From contig JAVCDE010000024.1 in the NCBI GenBank assembly GCA_030765185.1, positions 123,538-187,537 of the forward strand: a stretch of DNA of 64,000 nt. Reading direction: 5' to 3'. The position numbers and the translations under genes were made by a program. This document shows positions 10,374 to 20,715 of the stretch, in pieces (position 1 is the stretch's first letter; every line of letters starts with the position of its first letter). A model generated the notes under the pieces. It saw only the letters and a list, made by a program, of their open reading frames with translations, was not told the origin of the DNA and made no database searches. This stretch comes from Candidatus Aceula meridiana (GTDB lineage Bacteria > Omnitrophota > Gorgyraeia > Zapsychrales > Aceulaceae).

Positions 10374-11003
10374 TCAAAATGTAAAACTCTTGCGGTGAAT
10401 AGGTGTCAGTCCGTATTTCTTAATTTGCTGCCTGTGCTTAAGAGTTGCATATCCCTTGTGTTGTCGAAATCCATATTGAGGATATTCTTTATCCATGCGC
10501 TCCATCAGGTGATCGCGGGTTACTTTGGCAATAACAGATGCACAAGAAATCGAAAGACTTTTCGAATCCCCCTTAACAATAGTTTCAAAAGCAAAAGGAA
10601 GGTTTGCTTTAAAAGTGTTGCCATCGATGAGAAGAAAAATCTTATCACCAAAATTCTTATCCTTAGTGATACTCGCGGGCAATTGCTTAATTAGACTTTT
10701 AACGGCCTTTGTCATAGCAGAAAAAGTCGCATTAAGAATATTAATCTTATCTATAATCGATGGCTGGCTCATTCCGACGCCAAAATAGCTTTTTTTACAA
10801 ATTTCTTTGTAGGCTATCTCACGCTGGCGTGACGTCATCTTTTTAGAATCTTTTATAACAGATTGAAATTTTATTGATTTAAGGCAAACGGCCGCAGCCA
10901 TGACAGGCCCTGCTAAAGGACCTCGCCCGGCTTCATCGATGCCGACAATAATCTTAAAACCTTTACGCTTAAACCTGTTTTCGTAGGAAAGCATGGAAGA
11001 CAA
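10374..11003 (-). CDS. rnhB: Ribonuclease HII
   Basis: IVGIDEAGRGPLAGPV catalytic motif, 209 aa. Confidence 0.93.
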   Translation of the reverse strand: MSSMLSYENRFKRKGFKIIVGIDEAGRGPLAGPVMAAAVCLKSIKFQSVIKDSKKMTSRQREIAYKEICKKSYFGVGMSQPSIIDKINILNATFSAMTKAVKSLIKQLPASITKDKNFGDKIFLLIDGNTFKANLPFAFETIVKGDSKSLSISCASVIAKVTRDHLMERMDKEYPQYGFRQHKGYATLKHRQQIKKYGLTPIHRKSFTF

Positions 11004-11036
11004 ACGACCTGGAAACTTATTGTTTTATCCGAAGAG

Positions 11037-11390
11037 TTACAATTCTTTGCGAACACGAGCGGCTTTTCCAACGCGCCCTCGCAAGTAGTATAGTTTTGAA
11101 CGGCTGACAATTCCCTTGCTGATAATTTTTAGGCTCTCGATAACAGGAGAATGCAAAGGAAATGTACGCTCAACTCCTTCACCAAAAGAAATCTTTCTTA
11201 AAGTGAATGTTCCTCGAAGGCCACGGCCGGTCTTGCGAATAACTGCCCCTTCAAAAGGGTGAAGCCTTGCCTTGTCTCCTTCGGTAACCTTTACCATCAT
11301 TTTGACAGTATCCCCAACCTTAAACTCGGGAAGCTCTTTTTTGTGCTTGTTTTCTATATTTTTGAGTGTTTCTCCAATATTTGCAACCAT
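11037..11390 (-). CDS. rplS: 50S ribosomal protein L19
   Basis: 117 aa. Pattern: LPEFKVGDTVKV…R…FEGVVI…G…TFTLRK. Confidence 0.95.
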   Translation of the reverse strand: MVANIGETLKNIENKHKKELPEFKVGDTVKMMVKVTEGDKARLHPFEGAVIRKTGRGLRGTFTLRKISFGEGVERTFPLHSPVIESLKIISKGIVSRSKLYYLRGRVGKAARVRKEL

Positions 11391-11422
11391 TTTTTCAAAC
11401 CCCCTTAAAACTAAATTTTATC

Positions 11423-12097
11423 TTATTTTAATAAATCAGGCCGGATTTTCTTAGTCCGAGCTTGAGACTGACGCTCTCGCCAGTTTTTGATACTCTGATG
11501 ATTTCCAGATAATAGCACATTTGGAACTTTGATGCCATTAAAATTTGCAGGCCGCGTATATTGCGGATATTCAAGTCGTTGGTGCTCGAAAGACTCGTCT
11601 TTGAGAGAAGCATCCTTGCCTAAAACCCCAGGAATCAATCGCGTAACAGAATCCACAATGACCATAGCAGGAACTTCGCCTCCGGTTAAGACATAATCAC
11701 CGATGGAAATACTTTCATCGACGAGATGCTGCCTTACCCTGTCATCAACGCCCTCGTAATGACCGCAAATAATAATTAAATTCTTTTCCTTAGAAAGACG
11801 TTTAGCTATTTTTTGCGTAAATGGCTTACCTGATGGCGTCATTAACAAAACGCTCGCTTTTCGTCTACCCTTCACTTTTTGAATAGTACGAAAAATTGGC
11901 TCAGGGCCCATCACCATTCCCGGTCCACCACCAAAGGGACGATCATCAACCTTTCGGTGTTTATCTTTCGTGTAATCTCTCAAATTGTGAACATTGATGC
12001 GGACCTTCTTTTTTTGCTGTGCCCGCTTTAAAATGGACTCATTCAAGACCGAATTAAAGACATCCGGAAAAATTGTTACAATGTCGAACCGTAACAT
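11423..12097 (-). CDS. trmD: tRNA (guanine37-N1)-methyltransferase
   Basis: MLRFDIVTIFP… start, SPOUT/TrmD fold motifs, conserved trmD-rplS order. Confidence 0.93.
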   Translation of the reverse strand: MLRFDIVTIFPDVFNSVLNESILKRAQQKKKVRINVHNLRDYTKDKHRKVDDRPFGGGPGMVMGPEPIFRTIQKVKGRRKASVLLMTPSGKPFTQKIAKRLSKEKNLIIICGHYEGVDDRVRQHLVDESISIGDYVLTGGEVPAMVIVDSVTRLIPGVLGKDASLKDESFEHQRLEYPQYTRPANFNGIKVPNVLLSGNHQSIKNWRERQSQARTKKIRPDLLK

Positions 12098-13194
12098 GAT
12101 AAAAACTCCTTTTGAAATGCATCAAATTGATTCGCCTCAATCGCAGCACGAATCCGCTCCATCAACTTAACATAAAAATGAACATTATGACATGAGGTTA
12201 AATAAAGTGCGGTAATTTCATTCATATTAAATAGATGACGAATATAGCTGCGTGTGTATTTTTGACAAACAAAACAATCACATGTGTCATCAATCGGACG
12301 AAAATCTTTAGAAAATTCGCCATTACGCACAACGAGTCTTCCCCCGCTAGTAAAAGCAGACCCATTTCGTCCATAGCGTGTCGGGATACAGGTATCAAAC
12401 ATGTCAATTCCGTGAGAAACAGCTTTGACAATTTGATCCGGCGTACCAATTCCCATAACATAACGCGGACGATCTTGAGGCAAAAGAGGCGCGCATGTTT
12501 CAATCGCTTCGAACATCAAATTAACCGGTTCCCCAACGCTGACGCCGCCGATGGCATAGCCATCAAAACCAATATCAACAAGCTCCTTGACAGCTTTCTC
12601 GCGCAGCTTTACATAATTTGAACCTTGGACAATGCCAAATAAGAATTGTTTTTTCTTATACGGACTTTTTAAAAAATGTTCACGCGAGCGCTTGGCCCAT
12701 AAAGTTGTTCGCCTTAAGGCCTCTTCAGCTTGTTTTTCGCCGCAAGGATACGGTGCGCATTCATCTAAAGGCATCATCATGTCAGATCCCAAAACTCCTT
12801 GGGCATCGACGATATCTTCGGGCCGAAAAAAGTGCGAAGATCCATCTAGATGCGATTGAAACTTAACGCCTTCATCAGTTAATTTGCGAAATTGAGCAAG
12901 GCTAAAAACTTGATATCCACCGCTATCGGTTAAGACCGGCTTTTCCCAATTCATAAATTTATGAAGCCCGCCTGCTTCCCGAATGATATCTAGCCCAGGA
13001 CGCAAATAAAGATGATAAGTATTAGAAAGCATAATTTGCGCATTCATGCGCAAAAGGTCTTCATGAGAGAGCGCTTTAACCGTGGCGCATGTCCCTACCG
13101 GCATAAAAAACGGCGTCTGAATTTCTCCATGCGCAGTCTTGAGAACTCCTCGCCGAGCTTTCGTTATGTTATCAATACTTTTAAGTTTAAACAT
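12076..13194 (-). CDS. tgt: Queuine tRNA-ribosyltransferase
   Basis: 372 aa. HGEIQTPFFMPVGT, TIM-barrel Tgt motifs and a C-terminal Zn site (CDCFVCQKYTRSYIRHL). Confidence 0.93.
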   Translation of the reverse strand: MFKLKSIDNITKARRGVLKTAHGEIQTPFFMPVGTCATVKALSHEDLLRMNAQIMLSNTYHLYLRPGLDIIREAGGLHKFMNWEKPVLTDSGGYQVFSLAQFRKLTDEGVKFQSHLDGSSHFFRPEDIVDAQGVLGSDMMMPLDECAPYPCGEKQAEEALRRTTLWAKRSREHFLKSPYKKKQFLFGIVQGSNYVKLREKAVKELVDIGFDGYAIGGVSVGEPVNLMFEAIETCAPLLPQDRPRYVMGIGTPDQIVKAVSHGIDMFDTCIPTRYGRNGSAFTSGGRLVVRNGEFSKDFRPIDDTCDCFVCQKYTRSYIRHLFNMNEITALYLTSCHNVHFYVKLMERIRAAIEANQFDAFQKEFLSCYGSTL

Positions 13195-13195
13195 A

Positions 13196-14206
13196 CTAGA
13201 TAATTATCATACAGTCCCCATAGCTGTAAAATCTATAATTTTTATTAATTGCTTCTTGATAAGCTTTTACAGTTAAATCTTGTCCGGCAAAAGCAGCCAC
13301 TAGCATTAAAAGCGTACTTTTAGGAAGATGAAAGTTTGTCAACAAGACATCCACCATGCGAAAAGAAAAACCCGGATAAATAAAAAGGTTTGAACTCCCC
13401 TCTAGCTCTTTAGTGCGCGAAACAGTTTCTAAAACACGGCAGCTTGTGGTTCCCACGCTAACAATGGGCTTGTTTTCTTTCTTTGCTCTTAAAATTGTCT
13501 GCCAAGTACGCGATAAAAGACAATAATCTTCAGAGTGCATTTGATGCTTTGTAATATCATCGTCTTCGACAGGTTTAAAGGTCCCATAGTTAATGTGCAA
13601 TGTTGTTTTGGCAAATTTATGACCGGCTCTTTTTAATTGCGCAACAAGAGCATTGGTAAAATGCAATCCAGCTGTAGGAGCAGCAACCGACCCTTGATGT
13701 CGCGCATAAACAGTTTGATAATCTTTTCGGTCAGAGGGCGCATCCTCTCTCTTGATATAAGGCGGAAGAGGAATATGTCCGACACTTTTAAGATGCATGA
13801 GTGCATTTTTTTTATTAAAACGCACGATCATTTTTTTTCGATCCTCAAGCCTTGCATAAATGCCGCTTCCGTTAAAAAATATCTTTTCGTCATCTTTAAT
13901 CTTTCGTAAAGGCTTCATTAAAGCCTCATAGCAATATCCATCTGATAATCCTTTAAGAAGAAAAATCTCAACCTCGCGGCCACCAAACTCTTTTTTACCA
14001 AAAAGGCGTGCCGGTACGACTTTACTGTCATTGACGACAAAAAGACTTTTTTTAGGAAGATAGTCTGCAATATTAGAAAACGTATCATGGATGATGGTTT
14101 TTCTTTTGCGGTCAATGACCATCAGCCGTGCAGTATCTCGCTTCTTCAAAGGATGCTGCGCAATCATGCTTTCAGGGAGATGATAATCAAAATCTTTTAA
14201 TTTCAT
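13196..14206 (-). CDS. queA: S-adenosylmethionine:tRNA ribosyltransferase-isomerase
   Basis: MKLKDFDYHLPESMIAQHP… canonical QueA N-terminus, 336 aa, adjacent to tgt. Confidence 0.93.
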   Translation of the reverse strand: MKLKDFDYHLPESMIAQHPLKKRDTARLMVIDRKRKTIIHDTFSNIADYLPKKSLFVVNDSKVVPARLFGKKEFGGREVEIFLLKGLSDGYCYEALMKPLRKIKDDEKIFFNGSGIYARLEDRKKMIVRFNKKNALMHLKSVGHIPLPPYIKREDAPSDRKDYQTVYARHQGSVAAPTAGLHFTNALVAQLKRAGHKFAKTTLHINYGTFKPVEDDDITKHQMHSEDYCLLSRTWQTILRAKKENKPIVSVGTTSCRVLETVSRTKELEGSSNLFIYPGFSFRMVDVLLTNFHLPKSTLLMLVAAFAGQDLTVKAYQEAINKNYRFYSYGDCMIII

Positions 14207-15387
14207 AGATCAAGTCTCTTATGCTTCTCATAACAATCAACTATGCGTGCACCAGGATAATAAAAGCTTAGAATTTCATCATAAGAGTAACCTTCGCGAG
14301 ACATAAAATATGCTCCCCACTGGCAAAGGCCAACACCATGACCCCAGCCCCTCCCTAAGAAGTCGACATAATATCCCTTCATGTCGATAACATAATTATT
14401 GCTTCGAATCACATTCGGCCCGACAATATCACGAAATTCTTTTCCGGAAACAATTGTTTGCTTATCATCATCAGTTGTTATTTTTATTGTTGTAATCCGC
14501 CCACTTGGGTTGCGGTCAAGAACTTGCATATGCGTAATACGCCCAAAAGCGTAGCCTTTTTCATTAAGCTTGTCCTGAATATCCTTCAATCTCATATTCT
14601 TCTTCCAAGAATAGTGCGGCGACTTTTTACAAAAATTGCATACAACTCCTCTAAGGGGAGGAAGATTATTGTCCCAAAGCGCTGCAACATTCTCGGTATG
14701 CCCTGCGCAAGTGGCATGATAAAAAGCTGGTAAAATTTTGTCCCTGTATACAAGAACAAGCCCTGCTGTTCTCTCGACGGCAATGTTCGTTCGATATTTT
14801 TCCGATGTCCGTCCACCATAGACTTGAGAATAGATGTCACTCCTGACATCATAAAAAGGACTTTTGCTGTTTTGCATTGAATAAAGCGCATAAGTTCTTG
14901 CAGCAATCGCCTGGGCCTTGATTGCTTCTAAGGGCCATCGGTCAGATATCTCGTGATATAAAACACCTTTGATATAATTTTCTAAATCAATTACGTTAAC
15001 GACAAGAAGATGATTATTAACATTCTTAATAATGTCGATCTCGCCACGAAAGCGCCGATTGTTAATATAAACGCTCGCTTCTTTTTGAGGTGAAATTTTA
15101 ATCTTATCCTTTAAGTAATGTTTTTCTCCAATTTGAATGCCATCTTTTGTCGGAACAACCTTTTTAGCCTTTAAGAATTTTTCCTGTCCTAGCGTTTCCT
15201 TAGAATCAAAATTCAAAACTTGATATGGCCCTTTAACCTGAAGCGTAAATTCTCCAACTCCCCGCAAAATAGCAATGCGCACAGGTTGAAAATGCTGTGC
15301 TTGTTGCGATCGGAGCTGGTGCGAGACACCACAGCCGCTCAAAAAAACAAAAATGGGAATAAAAAGAATTTTTGTGAATGTTTTCAT
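14203..15387 (-). CDS. SpoIID/LytB-domain lipoprotein (peptidoglycan lytic transglycosylase/amidase enhancer family)
   Basis: Lipoprotein signal (LSGC). Central AIKAQAIAARTYALY SpoIID-domain motif. Confidence 0.7.
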   Translation of the reverse strand: MKTFTKILFIPIFVFLSGCGVSHQLRSQQAQHFQPVRIAILRGVGEFTLQVKGPYQVLNFDSKETLGQEKFLKAKKVVPTKDGIQIGEKHYLKDKIKISPQKEASVYINNRRFRGEIDIIKNVNNHLLVVNVIDLENYIKGVLYHEISDRWPLEAIKAQAIAARTYALYSMQNSKSPFYDVRSDIYSQVYGGRTSEKYRTNIAVERTAGLVLVYRDKILPAFYHATCAGHTENVAALWDNNLPPLRGVVCNFCKKSPHYSWKKNMRLKDIQDKLNEKGYAFGRITHMQVLDRNPSGRITTIKITTDDDKQTIVSGKEFRDIVGPNVIRSNNYVIDMKGYYVDFLGRGWGHGVGLCQWGAYFMSREGYSYDEILSFYYPGARIVDCYEKHKRLDL

Positions 15388-15417
15388 ATTATTTCACGCT
15401 GCAAAAGAATAATAAAA

Positions 15418-16452
15418 TTAAAAAAGTTTTTGTTGGTCGTTTTTTTGTGAGGGAAAAATCTTAAGATGCGCAAGAGCCTTGTTCGTAAGCTCGCGCCCAC
15501 GCTGAGTGCGCTTAACAAAACCTTTTTTGAGCAAGAAAGGTTCAACAACATCGACAATAGTATCTACTTCTTCATTAAGGGTTGCCGCAATCGCATCAAC
15601 ACCGGCAGGGCCGCCTTGATAATGGTCGCTCATAACACGTAAAAATTTTCGATCTGTTTGATCTAAGCCCTCGGAATCAATCCCTAAAGTCAACATTGCT
15701 TTTTCAACGATGTCTGATGTAACAGCACCTGTCTTTGTCTTCACCTGCGCGTAATCCCGAACGCGCCTTAAAAGACGGTTTGCAATGCGAGGCGTACCGC
15801 GCGCGCGCCTGGCAACTTCTTTTGCAGCCTCCGCATCAATAGAGAGTCCTAATTTCTTTGATGAATTTGAAACAATCTGAGCTAAGTCCTCAGTGTTGTA
15901 GAAATCTAAATGATGGAAAATTCCGAATCGATCCCTTAGGGGAGCTGCTAAAAGTCCGCTTCGTGTTGTCGCGCCGATTAACGTAAACGGTTTTAAATTA
16001 AATTTAATTGTCTTAGCATAAGGCCCTTTATCGACGATAAAATCAATCTGGAAGTTTTCCATAGCCGGATACAAGAATTCTTCAACTGCCTTCGAAAGCC
16101 TATGAATTTCATCAATAAAAAGAACGTCACTTTCTTCTAAATTTGTCAAAATGCCGATAAAATCACCCGCACGGTCAATAGCAGGTCCAGACGTTACAGT
16201 GATGCGGGAATCCATTTCATGGGCGATAATGTAGGCGAGAGAAGTTTTTCCTAATCCAGGTGGCCCTGAAAAAAGCATATGCTCGATGGGTTCTTTTCTC
16301 TGTTTAGCCGCATCAAGCGAGACTTTTAAGTTCTCGACTAAGTCCTTTTGTCCCACAAAATCAGCAAGCTTTGTTGGCCTTAGCGACAGACTAACAACAG
16401 CATCTTCCTCTGTTTCCTGGTTAAGGATAAGTCTTTGTCTTTGCTCTTCCAT
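15418..16452 (-). CDS. ruvB: Holliday junction branch migration helicase RuvB
   Basis: LRPTKLADFVGQ…, Walker A GPPGLGKTSLA, 344 aa. Confidence 0.95.
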   Translation of the reverse strand: MEEQRQRLILNQETEEDAVVSLSLRPTKLADFVGQKDLVENLKVSLDAAKQRKEPIEHMLFSGPPGLGKTSLAYIIAHEMDSRITVTSGPAIDRAGDFIGILTNLEESDVLFIDEIHRLSKAVEEFLYPAMENFQIDFIVDKGPYAKTIKFNLKPFTLIGATTRSGLLAAPLRDRFGIFHHLDFYNTEDLAQIVSNSSKKLGLSIDAEAAKEVARRARGTPRIANRLLRRVRDYAQVKTKTGAVTSDIVEKAMLTLGIDSEGLDQTDRKFLRVMSDHYQGGPAGVDAIAATLNEEVDTIVDVVEPFLLKKGFVKRTQRGRELTNKALAHLKIFPSQKNDQQKLF

Positions 16453-17331
16453 TTAAGTTAGCTCGCTATTCTTGCTGCTATCACTTTGTTCAACAGTAGG
16501 ATCTTGCGCTTGAACTGGCTCTTCATTCTTTTGGACAGAAAGCTCTTCAATCTCTTTCTCGGGAAATTCTTCAGCCTCTTGATTGTTCTGCTCGCTACTT
16601 GGCTCCAAGTTTTCCCGATTACGCAAGACTTCGATGCTACCAAAAATACCTTTTTGCATAGCGATAACTTCGCGCAAACGGATAAGCTCTAAAATGGCCA
16701 TGAAAGTTACAATAATTTCGTCTTTACTTCTAGACTTTGCAAAAAGCTCGGTTAAAAAAACTGTGCTGCGGTCTAAAAAGAGATGAAGAATATCATGAAT
16801 TTTTTGCTCAACAGTGAATTCTTCTTTTATAACTTCATAAAAAACATTCTTGGGAATATTTTGTAACGCATTCGAAAATGCCGAAATAAGGTCAAAGAGA
16901 TTCGCCTCAAAATACGTTTCTGTGGCATCCTCTTTAAGCTCTTTGGTTTTTTCTTCATCGATCTCACGCTTAAATAAATCCTGGCGATCCATAGACTTTT
17001 GATGCAAGTTTTCAGCGGCTTCTTTAAACTTTTTATATTCTAAAAGACGCTTTACAAGCTCATCGCGAGGATCCTCTTCTTCCGGGATTTCCTCCGTCGG
17101 ATCCGGAGGCAGTAACATCTTTGATTTAATCTGCATCAAAGTTGCGGCCATAACAAGAAAATCTCCGACGGCTTCTAAATCCAAAAGCTTCAACATGTCA
17201 AGATACTCCATGTACTGATCGGTTATCTTGGCAATAGGAATATCATAGATATTAAGCTCTTCCCTTTTAATGAGATACAGGAGGAGATCAAGAGGGCCTT
17301 CAAAAACTTCAAGTTTAATTTTATAATTCAT
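16453..17331 (-). CDS. scpA: Segregation and condensation protein A
   Basis: FEGPLDLLLYLIKREELNIYDIPIAKITDQY ScpA N-terminal signature, acidic C-terminus. Confidence 0.85.
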   Translation of the reverse strand: MNYKIKLEVFEGPLDLLLYLIKREELNIYDIPIAKITDQYMEYLDMLKLLDLEAVGDFLVMAATLMQIKSKMLLPPDPTEEIPEEEDPRDELVKRLLEYKKFKEAAENLHQKSMDRQDLFKREIDEEKTKELKEDATETYFEANLFDLISAFSNALQNIPKNVFYEVIKEEFTVEQKIHDILHLFLDRSTVFLTELFAKSRSKDEIIVTFMAILELIRLREVIAMQKGIFGSIEVLRNRENLEPSSEQNNQEAEEFPEKEIEELSVQKNEEPVQAQDPTVEQSDSSKNSELT

Positions 17332-17336
17332 TGGAT

Positions 17337-18320
17337 TTATGAAAAAACTTTAGTCCGGACTTCTGTTATAGTCTTCTGGGCAATGACACGTGCCTTAAGA
17401 GCGCCCTGCTTTAAAATATCCTCAACGTAACCTTTGTCTTTTGATAATTTCTCTCGTTTATCGGCAATAGGCCTAATTCTCTCTAAGATATCTTCAGCAA
17501 GAATCTTTTTACACTCTGTGCATCCCTTTTCAGCCTTTGTGCACCAAGCGCAAACCTCAGCTTCTTTTTCAGGAGAAAAAACCTTGTAGTAGCTAAAAAC
17601 ATTACAAATTTTTGGGTGTCCAGGGTCAGAAAGTTTAATACGCTTAGGATCGGTGAACATCGTCTGAACTTTCTTGCGAACTATTTCAGCTGAGTCTGAC
17701 AAATTAATTGCATTGTCATAACTTTTGCTCATCTTGCGCCCGTCGAGACCTAGGAGGCGCGGTGTTTCCGTTAAAATAGCCTTGCAGTCTTCAAAAACTT
17801 TTGTTTTATATAAATGATTAAAACGGCGTGCAATTTCACGAGTTAACTCTAAGTGGGGAAGCTGGTCTTCACCGATAGGAACTGCCTGAGCTTTATAAAG
17901 TAAAATATCCGCAGCCTGCAAAACAGGATATCCTAAAAAACCAAAGGTGTGTAAATCACGCGTTTTAATTTCGCGCAGCTGCTCCTTGTACGTTGGATTT
18001 CTTTCAAGCCATCCTAATGGAGTTATGCAAGAAAAAAACATTTGAAGCTCAAGATGTTCAGGAATATCTGACTGAACAGCAATAATTGATTTTTTAGGAT
18101 CAATGCCACAGGCAAGCCAATCAACAGCCATATCAAGAATATTTTTTTTAATTTGATGACTATTTTCATATTCGCCCATCAAAGCATGCCAATCAACAAT
18201 TCCAAAGATGCACTCATATTCTTCCTGAAGAACAGACCAATTTTCCAAAGCACCAACAAGATGCCCTAAGTGAAGTTTTCCCGTTGGTCGCATTCCGCTA
18301 AAAATTCTTTTTTTCGTCAT
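17337..18320 (-). CDS. trpS: Tryptophanyl-tRNA synthetase
   Basis: Class I HIGH (GKLHLGHL) and KMSKS motifs, 327 aa. Confidence 0.95.
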   Translation of the reverse strand: MTKKRIFSGMRPTGKLHLGHLVGALENWSVLQEEYECIFGIVDWHALMGEYENSHQIKKNILDMAVDWLACGIDPKKSIIAVQSDIPEHLELQMFFSCITPLGWLERNPTYKEQLREIKTRDLHTFGFLGYPVLQAADILLYKAQAVPIGEDQLPHLELTREIARRFNHLYKTKVFEDCKAILTETPRLLGLDGRKMSKSYDNAINLSDSAEIVRKKVQTMFTDPKRIKLSDPGHPKICNVFSYYKVFSPEKEAEVCAWCTKAEKGCTECKKILAEDILERIRPIADKREKLSKDKGYVEDILKQGALKARVIAQKTITEVRTKVFS

Positions 18321-18335
18321 GACTTTTCCTTAAGA

Positions 18336-20699
18336 CTAGAGACTTCTTTCAATTCGCTCTAACTCGTAAGCCTCAACAATATCACCAACTTGAAGTTTAT
18401 CATAATCTTTTATGGTGATACCACATTCAAAACCTTCTCTGACTTCACGAACGTCGTCTTTAAATCTCTTTAACGACTCCATATCCCCTTTAAAAACTTC
18501 TTCGCCGTTTCGCGTTACCGAAACTTTAGCTTTTCGATGAACTTTTCCCTTCTGAACAAAACATCCAGCAACCATTCCCGATTTGGTAAGCTTAAAAACC
18601 TGGCGCACTTCAATGCGTCCCAAGAAAATTTTCTTAAGCCGTGGCTCAAGAAGACCGGAAAGCGCATTTTTAAGGTCATTAACTGCATCATAGATAATAC
18701 GATAAATTCTAACGTCAATATCTTGCTTTTCTAGTTCATCTTTTGCTTTAGTGCTAATATTAACATGGAATCCGACGACAATAGCGTTGGCAACACCAGC
18801 TAAGATAACATCTGCAGCGCTAATGTCACCTATACCAATGTGAATAAACTTAATCTTAACCTCATCAGTTGAAAGTTGCTCCAAAGAATCTTTGAGCGCC
18901 CCTAAAGATCCTTGAACATCTGCCTTCAAAATAATATTTAACTCTTTAATCTTTCCCTCTTGAATCTGAGAGTAAAGATCTTCAAGAGTAATTTTTTGCA
19001 TCGACTGAAGTCTCTTATTTTTAATTTGATTGAGACGTTTGGCAGCAATTTCTTTAGCCTGCTTTTCATCAGAAACAGCATAAAAAATTTCACCTGCCTC
19101 AGGAACACCTGAGAGCCCCAGAATTTCAACAGGGATAGCTGGCGAGGCTACAGACATAGGCTGCTGATGATCATCAAACATAGCCTTGACCTTTCCAAAA
19201 AACGGCCCAGCAACAACAATATCGCCTTCTTTTAGGGTTCCGCTTTGAACAATGATAGAAGATACAGCTCCTTTTCCGGGACTTAAATGTGCTTCCACAA
19301 TAATCCCTGAGGCTCTTTTTTCATAATTTGCTTTAAGTTCCAATAGCTCAGCCTCTAAAAGAATCATTTCAAGTAATTTATCAACGCCATCACCGGTTGT
19401 TGCAGAAACACCGACAGCAACGACTTTTCCTCCCCAGTCTTCTGTCATGAGGTCTTTCTCCGATAACTGTTTCTTAACGCGATCAATATCTGCATTGCGC
19501 TTATCAATTTTATTAATCGCAACTACGATAGGAACGTTAGCGGCACGTGCATGGTCAATAGCCTCTTCAGTCTGCGGCATAATTCCTTCATCCGCCGCAA
19601 CAACGAGGATAATCAAATCAGTAATATGAGCTCCTCTGGCACGCATCGCCGTAAACGCGGCGTGACCAGGTGTATCTAAAAACGTCATGATCCCTTTTGG
19701 TGTCTTAACCGAATACGCTGCCATATGCTGAGTAATTCCGCCATGCTCTTTATCTGTAATGTTACTTCGACGAATTTTATCTAAAAGCGATGTCTTGCCA
19801 TGGTCAACATGCCCCATAAAAGTAATTACAGGAGGACGGTCTTTCATCAGGGCAGGATCTTCCCCATCTCCCCGATGAATCGCGACAAGCTCTTCTTCTT
19901 GTGTTTTAGCTTTTCGAAATGTAAAATTTAAATCCTGAGAAATTTTCTCGACAATATCTTCGCCAAGATTCTGATTAATCGTTGCAAAAATACCTTTCTT
20001 CATAAGAAATTTTAAAACAATGTTCAATTTTTGCTGCAGTTTAACGGATAAATCTTTAACTGAAATCGGAAAATCAATCTCAATGTCTTTTTGCGGTCCT
20101 CTAGCAACAGTCTCCTGTGAACGTGGAGGCTCTTGAACCTTTTGAACTTCTGTCTTTTTAGGATAAACAGATGGTTTAACTTTTTGAAAGACAGGCGGCC
20201 TTGGAGGTGATACTTTTTGTTGTTGAAATTTTGGTGCAGGAGCCTTAGGCCCAGGGGTTTTCTTCCTAAGATCCTCCTTAATCACCTTTGACTTTGGAGT
20301 GGCCTCTTTCTTCTCAGGCTTCTTAACAACGGCCTTCTTAACAGCAGGCTTGTCTTTCTTTGCCGAAGCCTTCTTGGCTGGGGCTTTTTTAGCCGGAGTC
20401 TTCTTAAGAGCTGACTTCTTTATAAGTTTTGTTTTTGCTGGTTTTTTTGCAGCGACTTTTAACGGAGCTTTCTTAACCGTCTTCGCAGCCTCTTCCTTCT
20501 TTGTCGCAGGATTAGCTTCTCCTTTAGCTTTTGGGACAATCTTTTTACCTTTTTTTGCTAAAGCGCTCCTTAAAACCGCCACAGCCGCAGAGCTTAAATC
20601 TTGCTTTGCATCTTTGGACTTAAGCTTCATCGCTTTCAATTCAGCCAGAATTTCTTGGCTGGCCATTCCATATTCTTTTGCGAGTTCTGATACCTTCAT
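18336..20699 (-). CDS. infB: Translation initiation factor IF-2
   Basis: 787 aa. Lys/Ala/Pro-rich N-terminal region, then GTPase G-domain (GHVDHGKTSLLD, DTPGH, NKID) and C-terminal beta-barrels. Confidence 0.96.
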   Translation of the reverse strand: MKVSELAKEYGMASQEILAELKAMKLKSKDAKQDLSSAAVAVLRSALAKKGKKIVPKAKGEANPATKKEEAAKTVKKAPLKVAAKKPAKTKLIKKSALKKTPAKKAPAKKASAKKDKPAVKKAVVKKPEKKEATPKSKVIKEDLRKKTPGPKAPAPKFQQQKVSPPRPPVFQKVKPSVYPKKTEVQKVQEPPRSQETVARGPQKDIEIDFPISVKDLSVKLQQKLNIVLKFLMKKGIFATINQNLGEDIVEKISQDLNFTFRKAKTQEEELVAIHRGDGEDPALMKDRPPVITFMGHVDHGKTSLLDKIRRSNITDKEHGGITQHMAAYSVKTPKGIMTFLDTPGHAAFTAMRARGAHITDLIILVVAADEGIMPQTEEAIDHARAANVPIVVAINKIDKRNADIDRVKKQLSEKDLMTEDWGGKVVAVGVSATTGDGVDKLLEMILLEAELLELKANYEKRASGIIVEAHLSPGKGAVSSIIVQSGTLKEGDIVVAGPFFGKVKAMFDDHQQPMSVASPAIPVEILGLSGVPEAGEIFYAVSDEKQAKEIAAKRLNQIKNKRLQSMQKITLEDLYSQIQEGKIKELNIILKADVQGSLGALKDSLEQLSTDEVKIKFIHIGIGDISAADVILAGVANAIVVGFHVNISTKAKDELEKQDIDVRIYRIIYDAVNDLKNALSGLLEPRLKKIFLGRIEVRQVFKLTKSGMVAGCFVQKGKVHRKAKVSVTRNGEEVFKGDMESLKRFKDDVREVREGFECGITIKDYDKLQVGDIVEAYELERIERSL

Positions 20700-20715
20700 A
20701 GGATAATTAGCTTTC

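Noticed and set aside
20299-20706. 135-aa plus-strand ORF (MASFFSGFLTTAFL…)
   Set aside because: It lies entirely antisense to the low-complexity Lys/Ala-rich N-terminus of infB, and its Phe/Ala/Leu-rich translation is the mirror of that repeat. No independent signals support it.
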